In this document: positions 45,565 through 52,210 of the stretch, piece after piece
Layout of the letters: every line of letters starts with the position of its first letter
Position numbering within the stretch: the stretch's first letter is position 1
Virus record (IMG/VR): IMGVR_UViG_3300021197_001105
Span: 1 to 52,210 of that record
Direction: 5' to 3' (one strand)
Origin: a virus
Taxonomy: Duplodnaviria; Caudoviricetes
Length of the DNA stretch: 52,210 nt
Translations under genes and position numbers: made by a program
The notes under the pieces: generated by a model
The model's input: only the letters and a program-made list of their open reading frames with translations
Told to the model about the DNA's origin: nothing
The model's database searches: none

Positions 45565-46442
45565 GAATTACCTTTCTTTTTCTTCTTGTCATAACACTTG
45601 GTGGGTAGGTCGAGAACGTCACATTCTAGTTTGATGTAGTCACACCATTCTTCAACCCATTCTTCGACGCGGTGTTGATTCGCACCTATAACATAGTGCG
45701 ATGCTTCTTCAATCATCTCGATGTATCGTGGCTCATCTCTGAGGTACGTAAGAAGATTGAGCTTTTTAAGAGTCCTAACAATACTGGGAAAGTTAGACTC
45801 TACATTATCCCAGGTGCCAAGGTTCTTATTCATTCTCATGTTGAAATCAAGAAGGTCTTCAAGTCTGAATGAGAAGGTATTGAACCAAGCGACTGGTATC
45901 TTACCACGTCTGTACTTTCCTATCTTGTTGGAGACAGGACGGTTCCTCTTTGCCTTGGCTTTGGATGGTGAGTAGGAGATTGCTTGGTAGTAGAAGGGAC
46001 CGTGTTTCAAGTCACGAACATAGAAGTCTTCGTGCTTGTCAGTCCAAAACCTACTGATTCCATACGTGGCACCTTTGAATTTAGTCCACTCATCTGTACG
46101 TACCCAGCATGTGCCTGCATCCTTGACTAACTCAATAAGATCCTCTGCAGATAGCAACTCGAAAGCCCATTCAAGAATAGGAACCTTGTTGATGAAGATA
46201 TCTCTATCAAACTTATTTCCGTGGTATCCTTTTCGGACATAGGTTAAACCTTCGGGTGCAGGGTGATGGGCTTCTAGTTGGGAAACAACTTCGGTGTAAC
46301 TTGCGTCACCGAACAACAACATGCCATTCTTACCTGCTTCAAAGGCTGCGTCCGGATCCTCAGTGACGTAGTACTTATCGGAGTAAGTAGATTCATCGTA
46401 AAGAGGATCCGAACCCAAGCCCTGTTGAATGAGATAGATCAA
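45540..46442 (-). CDS. Hypothetical protein
   Basis: 300-aa ORF overlapping both neighbours. Confidence 0.65.
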   Translation of the reverse strand: MIYLIQQGLGSDPLYDESTYSDKYYVTEDPDAAFEAGKNGMLLFGDASYTEVVSQLEAHHPAPEGLTYVRKGYHGNKFDRDIFINKVPILEWAFELLSAEDLIELVKDAGTCWVRTDEWTKFKGATYGISRFWTDKHEDFYVRDLKHGPFYYQAISYSPSKAKAKRNRPVSNKIGKYRRGKIPVAWFNTFSFRLEDLLDFNMRMNKNLGTWDNVESNFPSIVRTLKKLNLLTYLRDEPRYIEMIEEASHYVIGANQHRVEEWVEEWCDYIKLECDVLDLPTKCYDKKKKKGNSCQTSPTN

Positions 46443-47284
46443 GACTCGTAGCCTTCGAGATCCTTGTGGACCTCAAGGTCTGCATCTGAACAAAGGCGTT
46501 CGTACTCGGAGGTTGTTTCCCAATGCTCCTCCTGAATGCCTGCGTAGATGTCGTCGAACTGACGGTTCAGCTTGGCCGAACGATCAGAGATGTCGAACGG
46601 GTTGCGATCCTGGAAGAAACCAGAGAACGCATTGAACAAGGACCAGTAGTTACGAGTCTTGAACTCCTTGTGCTCTGGATCCTCCCAATACTCAACGACA
46701 CGCGGCAGCTCACGTGAGTTGATAACTCCACGCTTCATGCCGTCGATGATGTGATAGGCAGCCTGCTCCTCAGTGATTGGCATCTCACTCCAATACTTCT
46801 GTCTGCCTGTCATTGCCTCGAAGATGCCGTCGAACATAGGGACCTTGTCCCAGATCATGTTGCGAATGTTGTGCTCAAGATTCTTGGTTGACTTGTGTCT
46901 GACCTTGAACTCCGCATCAATCATCTCATTGGTACAAGCAAAGACGTGAGGTCCAGCACCCATTGTGACTACTCCAGTTTGGTTCTGGAAGTTTGAGAAG
47001 ATACCAATGAGCTTTTGGATATCGTCCTGCCACTTGGGCGTACCATCCGGGTCACCAAGCAAGACAACGTCGAAGGTGCAGATCATCTTCTTGCGGTCAG
47101 TTGACAAGCGGGGAACAATATTGGTTATGTCCAACTCATTGACGTTGAATGCTTTGCGGCCCAGCTGGATGAGGTCGATGTGTGAGATTGGTTTGTGTCT
47201 TGGACCCATAGGTTCTGGGTCGGGTAGATGATGTAGTTCTTCGACGGGGATTACGTCGACGTTACCCATGATTGAGAGGCTCAT
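46439..47284 (-). CDS. DUF932-like protein
   Basis: HKPISH, FACTNEMI, VRHKS and YWSLFNAFS; start MSLSIM after AAGGAG. Confidence 0.75.
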   Translation of the reverse strand: MSLSIMGNVDVIPVEELHHLPDPEPMGPRHKPISHIDLIQLGRKAFNVNELDITNIVPRLSTDRKKMICTFDVVLLGDPDGTPKWQDDIQKLIGIFSNFQNQTGVVTMGAGPHVFACTNEMIDAEFKVRHKSTKNLEHNIRNMIWDKVPMFDGIFEAMTGRQKYWSEMPITEEQAAYHIIDGMKRGVINSRELPRVVEYWEDPEHKEFKTRNYWSLFNAFSGFFQDRNPFDISDRSAKLNRQFDDIYAGIQEEHWETTSEYERLCSDADLEVHKDLEGYES

Positions 47285-47502
47285 TCGGATACTCCTTCTT
47301 TCATGTATGTGCCCATCCAATAACTTAGGATGGCTCGAGCCTGAGATGATGTGACATCGAAAGTCTGTGTGATGTCAGAGCATGCAACCATCCATTTGGT
47401 TACACTTGAATCACGCAGGTTATCGAGGTAGGTGAGGAAGGGTTGGACTTCCTCTTCGGTCATGCCGATGCTATCGATGAATCGACTTTCTGTATCTGCC
47501 AT
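47281..47502 (-). CDS. Small hypothetical phage protein
   Basis: SD AAGGAG; YLDNLRDS...ARAILSYWM pattern. Confidence 0.7.
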   Translation of the reverse strand: MADTESRFIDSIGMTEEEVQPFLTYLDNLRDSSVTKWMVACSDITQTFDVTSSQARAILSYWMGTYMKEGVSE

Positions 47503-47508
47503 AGATAG

Positions 47509-47577
47509 TTACTCCTTATCTGAGAAACAGTAGATCGCTGCGATTGCGATGATTGAAAACATAATCATGAAGGCCAT
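47509..47577 (-). CDS. 22-aa hydrophobic peptide
   Basis: MAFMIMFSIIAIAAIYCFSDKE; TAATG-coupled; fills the gap between neighbours. Confidence 0.45.
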   Translation of the reverse strand: MAFMIMFSIIAIAAIYCFSDKE

Positions 47578-47879
47578 TAGACGGTGACCTTTCCGTAGAG
47601 CAGAGGCCAGACCCAGTCCGGTCCTCCATCTTGTAGCTGGTTAGGGTGAGCAGCACTGGTCTCGGACATACCGTATACGTATGTACATTGCTGTTCGTAC
47701 TCACGCTTGTTCTCGTCTAGCAGGTCCTGGGTCTGCTCGTTCTCTCCGAACTTGCACTGGCACACGTCAAGGAATGCCAAGCCATAGGGCTTGAGTGCAA
47801 TCACGTCTAGTTCGATGGTGCCATAGAACTGCTTGCAAGCGTTGATGAATTGCTTGTGGTACTTGGTGTCGGGGGTCAT
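47577..47879 (-). CDS. Hypothetical protein
   Basis: ATGA-coupled early ORF. Confidence 0.65.
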   Translation of the reverse strand: MTPDTKYHKQFINACKQFYGTIELDVIALKPYGLAFLDVCQCKFGENEQTQDLLDENKREYEQQCTYVYGMSETSAAHPNQLQDGGPDWVWPLLYGKVTV

Positions 47880-48271
47880 GCGTACACCCCGAATCTACGA
47901 TCCCACCTACCAAATCCAGTACCAAGGAACTGCTCCTTGGGTGAGTCAGTAGGTAGCAAGCTGGTGATAGTGATGTGTGTCTTCACAACACGGGTCTCAG
48001 TTATGCGGTTGAGTGCACGCTCCTCACGACGGATCAGTATGTCTAGCACACTGGTGTACTTGGGTGCACGTTTGGAGCAACGATTGAATCCAGTGGCACC
48101 AATTACCATGGAGGGTATCTGCTCACGTTCGACACGGTCACCGTCACGCCAGTCGTGGGGGGCAGTTGGATTAGAATCGGGTACACGTTCGTAACTAGTG
48201 GATGGTTTAGCAGGCACATTGTTGAACTGCTGTGCATCTTGAAAGGACATTTGGTCCCATTTGTATGGCAT
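47876..48271 (-). CDS. Hypothetical protein
   Basis: SD AAGGA; early ORF. Confidence 0.65.
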   Translation of the reverse strand: MPYKWDQMSFQDAQQFNNVPAKPSTSYERVPDSNPTAPHDWRDGDRVEREQIPSMVIGATGFNRCSKRAPKYTSVLDILIRREERALNRITETRVVKTHITITSLLPTDSPKEQFLGTGFGRWDRRFGVYA

Positions 48272-48333
48272 AGTAATTCCTTCTACGTATGCAGATTGAT
48301 TGTTAACCCCAGGCCCTCGCCTGCGGGAAAAGA

Positions 48334-48368
48334 CAGTGACCGGCCACCACGAAGGCGACCGGCCACTG
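48334..48368 (-). terminator. RNA hairpin, probable terminator or processing site
   Basis: 15-bp stem CAGTGGCCGGTCGCC-ttcgt-GGTGGCCGGTCACTG; three G-U pairs form only on the - strand; followed by TCTTTT. Confidence 0.65.
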
Positions 48369-48388
48369 CGGTTACGGAGCAGGTGCGA

Positions 48389-49036
48389 TCACATGCACTG
48401 AGACTCTACGGTCATGTTGGATGCGGGCTTGTCGTTTGCCCACGACTTGAAGCACTCGAAGTTGAGGTAGCTGCTCTTCTTGCCAGTCTTCCTGTCGACA
48501 CGTGCACCAAATTCCACCATCCTGTCCCAGTTGCCTGCGAACTCACCACACACCTTGGAAACAGCTGGGTTTGGGTGGTTACGAAGCGTCTCGAAGTGTC
48601 CTTTGATCATCGAGTCCTCAAGCTTTGGACCCTGAAGGGCGATGCTGTACTCAACGTCCTGCATCTCCTGCTTGGCGACCTGCTTGCCGTCCTTCTCGAT
48701 CATGACAACCTGTCCATTTGCGTCCCGTACATCGACGAGCTTACGTGATGTCCAGGAGTTGACGATTGTGCCACCTGTCCAGGCGATTACGTGCAACGGA
48801 GCTTCAGTGCCTGCTGCCTCGGGTGAGATTGTCTGGATGTGACCATTGCTGATGAGCCTGCCGTCCCTGAACTCAGGTGCAGGTGGAACGAGCTGCTTAG
48901 GGAACGACTGTGTGTTCTGAACAAGCTGGGTAGCCATCTCCTTGTCGAATGAGTCACACATGGTACTGAGGTCAATACCGTGCTGGTCTGCGAATGCTTC
49001 TGCGATTAGTTGCGATACTTTCTGCGATGTGGACAT
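48389..49036 (-). CDS. Hypothetical early protein (215 aa)
   Basis: SD AGGAGG preceded by a long U tract. Confidence 0.75.
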   Translation of the reverse strand: MSTSQKVSQLIAEAFADQHGIDLSTMCDSFDKEMATQLVQNTQSFPKQLVPPAPEFRDGRLISNGHIQTISPEAAGTEAPLHVIAWTGGTIVNSWTSRKLVDVRDANGQVVMIEKDGKQVAKQEMQDVEYSIALQGPKLEDSMIKGHFETLRNHPNPAVSKVCGEFAGNWDRMVEFGARVDRKTGKKSSYLNFECFKSWANDKPASNMTVESQCM

Positions 49037-49082
49037 GATGTCCTCCTAAAAAAAAAAGAAAAAAAAACCAATACGACGGGTT

Positions 49083-49116
49083 GTGTACCCGCTGTCACCG
49101 ACGACAGCGGGTACAC
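49083..49116. repeat. Perfect 14-bp inverted repeat (hairpin)
   Basis: GTGTACCCGCTGTC-accgac-GACAGCGGGTACAC; intergenic. Confidence 0.8.
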
Positions 49117-49122
49117 GTTCCG

Positions 49123-49419
49123 TCACTTGCTAAGTTGTCGGGTTTGATGTGAGAGCATTGAACGAAGGTAGTTGTTGGCTGTCTTTAGTGCTCTGATCTC
49201 GCTTTTGAGTGCATCAAGCTGTGGGTCACAGAACATTGTCTTTGCGGCGATGAGGTCACGAACTACGTGCCTTGAGTAGTCGTCGTACTTGTCGAGGTCT
49301 TCGTAGAGACCTTCACGGTACTCGTCATAGACTTGATCGGCTTCGAGGATGTCCATTGTGTCGTCAGCCCACACGATGATTTGAGTGAGGTCAGTGAGTT
49401 GGTAGTCTCCAGATGGCAT
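49123..49419 (-). CDS. Hypothetical early protein
   Basis: Start MPSGDY after SD AGGAG. Confidence 0.65.
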   Translation of the reverse strand: MPSGDYQLTDLTQIIVWADDTMDILEADQVYDEYREGLYEDLDKYDDYSRHVVRDLIAAKTMFCDPQLDALKSEIRALKTANNYLRSMLSHQTRQLSK

Positions 49420-49526
49420 CAGTTGTCTCCTTTGGTGACGTTGATGATTGCGTGAATCGTCCACCATACGAGGAAGACGATGATTGTTGATGAGGTGAGA
49501 AAGAGGATGGATTCCAGGGGTGTCAT
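49419..49526 (-). CDS. 35-aa single-TM peptide
   Basis: MTPLESILFLTSSTIIVFLVWWTIHAIINVTKGDN; coupled at both ends (ATGA and TGATG); SD GGAG. Confidence 0.6.
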   Translation of the reverse strand: MTPLESILFLTSSTIIVFLVWWTIHAIINVTKGDN

Positions 49527-50044
49527 ACGAGTTCTCCGTTGTGCTTGGCGTCACGGTGGTTGTCCCAGATGGCCTGCTCTTCTGGGGTTACGGTTTCTTC
49601 TCGCTCGACTCGAGCGAACGATTCCTCGTCACTGATGATGGTGACATCTTCGAGAAGGGCATAGTTGAGCATCTTTTCGAGGATTTCGTCCTGCGTAGGG
49701 AACAAGTTCCCTCCTGCGATTGCGTCTTCGTAGAAGGGGTTGCACTCAGACAGATCTTCGTAGCGGTCTTGTGCGTATTCGAGGTCGCCTTCTCTTCCGC
49801 CATAATCGAACAAGTCTTCGATTTCCAATCCCAGTGTGGCTCTCTCTTCGTCCTTGAGACGCTGGTAGAGATCGTCACCGGTGACTGCTACAGCAGGGAC
49901 GCCAGCGTCTGCGAACATCTTGAGTACTGGCTCGAGTTGTGATGCGAGGTACTCGTTACTGCCATAAGTGAAGAGGATGTTCTGGATTGGTTCAGGTGTG
50001 CTGGCTGCATCGTTGTTGATGATGATGTATCGCTTAGTAGTCAT
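49523..50044 (-). CDS. Acidic early protein (173 aa)
   Basis: SD AAGGAG; first ORF after the long non-coding region. Confidence 0.75.
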   Translation of the reverse strand: MTTKRYIIINNDAASTPEPIQNILFTYGSNEYLASQLEPVLKMFADAGVPAVAVTGDDLYQRLKDEERATLGLEIEDLFDYGGREGDLEYAQDRYEDLSECNPFYEDAIAGGNLFPTQDEILEKMLNYALLEDVTIISDEESFARVEREETVTPEEQAIWDNHRDAKHNGELV

Positions 50045-50458
50045 GAGAAACTCCTTGAAGAAAAGATAAACACACGCCGGGTCACTCGCCCGGGCACTTG
50101 TTCCCGGGCTAGTTACCCAGCGAGAGAGGGTGGGATAGTAGTGAGAAGAAGCCCTGCCTTGGTTGGTGTCGATGCCTTGTGTTTAGACAGTCGATCAATT
50201 GAGGGGGTCGTCTTAGGCAGTAGGGGTAGGTACGCGGAAAGTGTCAGCGTGTCGCAGTCGTGCTATGTGTCTAGCCGTGTCTGTGTAACTGAAGTAAGTG
50301 TCGGGTCCGCGAGTCTCCGACTACAGTTTGTCTCCGCTTGAGTTGCTTCCACAGTAGGCGGTCGGCCCCCGGGGTCAGGTCCGGTCTGTGGTGAAAACAC
50401 CCCTGCCGTCTAGGATTTTCTGACTAATCCTGGCGGGACAGAAACGGACTTCTGTATA

Positions 50459-50545
50459 GTGCCAGATATGCCGGGGTTATTATTACCTAATATAGACTAG
50501 TAGTTAGTATATATAGTTAACAGTACACCCGGCACACCCGGCATC
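50459..50545. repeat. Origin-like element, copy 2: inverted iterons flanking an AT-rich core
   Basis: TGCCAGATATGCCGGG...TATTACCTAATA...TATATAGT...CCCGGCACACCCGGCA, downstream of the helicase operon. Confidence 0.7.
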
Positions 50546-50546
50546 G

Positions 50547-50747
50547 TCATACAGACTCTCGTTTGATTTTTAGCAAGCTATTCTTGCTCAGACTAGCGGC
50601 TACATATGTTCCGTCAGTCAGTTGCTTAACTTCCCACGTTTCACATTCATCATCAACAAATGTGCAACTGTCTCGATCCCCAAGCAGCATAATCATCTGC
50701 TCAACCATGTCGTGCATATCGCCATAACTCTCAATATCAAAATTCAT
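50547..50747 (-). CDS. Small hypothetical protein
   Basis: SD AGGAG directly after the helicase stop. Confidence 0.65.
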   Translation of the reverse strand: MNFDIESYGDMHDMVEQMIMLLGDRDSCTFVDDECETWEVKQLTDGTYVAASLSKNSLLKIKRESV

Positions 50748-50756
50748 ATCTAACTC

Positions 50757-52172
50757 CTAAGCAAGATCTTCAAAGTTTCTTCTGAGGCTCATACCTTTGA
50801 GTCCTCGTTTGCTTTCAGCACTGGGACGGTGTCGGTATACATTCCAACTACTCTGGCCTTCAATCTGCAACGCTATCTGGTTGCGGGGCACATGTACACC
50901 CTTAACACCATTGCGTTCTAGCCAATCCATCCACTGACTCCAGATCATTTCTGTAGCAACAAATCCAGATGCGTTGCGGAGGAACCGTTCCTCCAGGAAA
51001 TGATCAAACGGGTTGTTCTGCAAGTGGTATAGCTTTACTGCGTCTTCTGCTTTCTTCGGCATCAAGAATCGGTCTGCAGGTCTGGGTGCTGTTTCTACCT
51101 TGTGTGCTCCGGCAATTGCCCAAGCAGCAATACCAGGCAACTCTTCTACTAGCTGATCTATGAGATTGTGATTCTCTTTACCTTCAAACGTGACCTCAAA
51201 GGGCAGCACAAGCATTTTACTAGACAACCCTCTACCCTTATTAGGCAACTGGGGGATCTCATTAGCTTGCACCATCGGGGCAGCATCTACAACGATATTC
51301 CGCATCTGACGCTTAAACTTGATATTCACTGAGATGGGGTCCTGACCCACAATGTTCTTAAGGACCCTAGTAGCTTTCTCGCCCATACGATTGTCTAGCT
51401 CACTAACCTCTGACACACACAGAACCCTAGAGTGCTCTAGCCCGTCTAAACCAAAGTCACCCGCCAAGTCATCCAGGCTTGTACCCATAAAGCACTCAGG
51501 CCCAATCATCTTCTCCAAGATCTTACCTATGGTGCCTTTGCCTGCACGAACCTTACCGTACATCAGCAGCCACTTGGCGTGCTTGCGATGAGGCATCAAG
51601 CAGTAGCCCATCCAACGCTGCAGCAAGTTGCACCATGCGGGATCGCCTTGGCTCCACTCTCGTATGCACCTCATCCAAGTTGGACACTCCGCATCCGGGT
51701 CATACTTGCAGGGCACAGTCACGGGATCAAACCAACGCTCGTCCCTCTCCATAACCGTATTGGTCTTGCAGTCCACCAACACATCCTCGAAAGCTACGGT
51801 GCAATCGGTATTGATTTCTTCTGTGCCCAACCACACGGGAACTTTGTTGTGGGGCAACCGAACCCTGGCCTCTAGGGCCCTTACAACATTTTCAATCTTA
51901 GACCTGTTGGGGTTGAACCTACGGGAGATGATCTCACCATTCGTAGCTCGAGCCCTGTAGTAGGCATCCTCCAACAAGTTCCAGCACATATCTTCTAACC
52001 AAAGAAAATCTCGAACTTGCCACCTATTGCCATACCATTGATAAAAAGCTTCTCGGTGGCTCCACAAACCCGGTCGGTTCTGCGGAGTGTTAAAAGCTGA
52101 TCTGAGTAAATGACCCGCGACCTTCATAGGTTCTGCGGATTCCATTGGTGTATCTTGCGTTGATACCTGCAT
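50757..52172 (-). CDS. D5/P4-family SF3 helicase (no primase domain evident)
   Basis: D5_N-like region (YDPDAECPTW, LQRWMGYCL), Walker A GKVRAGKGT, Walker B VSEV, motif C QANEIP, C-terminal wHTH. Start at 52172 (SD AAGGA) or 52199. Confidence 0.88.
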   Translation of the reverse strand: MQVSTQDTPMESAEPMKVAGHLLRSAFNTPQNRPGLWSHREAFYQWYGNRWQVRDFLWLEDMCWNLLEDAYYRARATNGEIISRRFNPNRSKIENVVRALEARVRLPHNKVPVWLGTEEINTDCTVAFEDVLVDCKTNTVMERDERWFDPVTVPCKYDPDAECPTWMRCIREWSQGDPAWCNLLQRWMGYCLMPHRKHAKWLLMYGKVRAGKGTIGKILEKMIGPECFMGTSLDDLAGDFGLDGLEHSRVLCVSEVSELDNRMGEKATRVLKNIVGQDPISVNIKFKRQMRNIVVDAAPMVQANEIPQLPNKGRGLSSKMLVLPFEVTFEGKENHNLIDQLVEELPGIAAWAIAGAHKVETAPRPADRFLMPKKAEDAVKLYHLQNNPFDHFLEERFLRNASGFVATEMIWSQWMDWLERNGVKGVHVPRNQIALQIEGQSSWNVYRHRPSAESKRGLKGMSLRRNFEDLA

Positions 52173-52210
52173 AAACGTATCCTTTCTAGTGGTAACCATT
52201 ACATAAGGTA

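Noticed and set aside
48155-48748. 197-aa + strand ORF and the many other antisense ORFs in the track
   Set aside because: They are shadows of well-supported genes on the opposite strand, without SD sequences or recognisable motifs.
1-52210. Alternative genetic code or stop-codon reassignment
   Set aside because: Standard code 11 gives dense, full-length, coupled genes ending in all three stop codons.
52190-52210. Terminal repeat or circular overlap with the window start
   Set aside because: No sequence identity between the two ends is visible, so completeness cannot be confirmed.

Overview
The window is most or all of a ~52 kb tailed-phage (Caudoviricetes) genome with a podovirus-like gene set; no terminal repeat or circular overlap is visible. 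The + arm (1-31258) carries packaging and morphogenesis genes: large terminase, portal, scaffold, major capsid, small Lys-rich proteins, adaptor, a Maf/DUF115-like transferase, a 2363-aa tail nozzle-like protein, internal virion proteins and a metallophosphoesterase. The - arm (31342-52199) carries early and replication genes: D5/SF3 helicase, DUF932-like protein, family-4 UDG, family-A DNA polymerase, ERCC4 nuclease, PD-(D/E)XK nuclease, Sak4-like ATPase and SSB-like protein, plus a small block of structural-looking and membrane genes. I recognised no integrase, RNA polymerase, primase domain, endolysin or CRISPR array. The most striking signals are: (1) eight homologous domains inserted recursively inside one another as a branched tree in the giant tail protein, next to a Maf-like transferase; (2) a 133-nt tRNA-like RNA with a canonical acceptor stem and T-arm but a non-tRNA interior; (3) two homologous origin-like elements 19 kb apart, each with inverted iterons around an AT-rich core; (4) a small membrane-protein ORF apparently embedded out of frame in the polymerase thumb. 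All family calls come from reading motifs by eye, with no database search.
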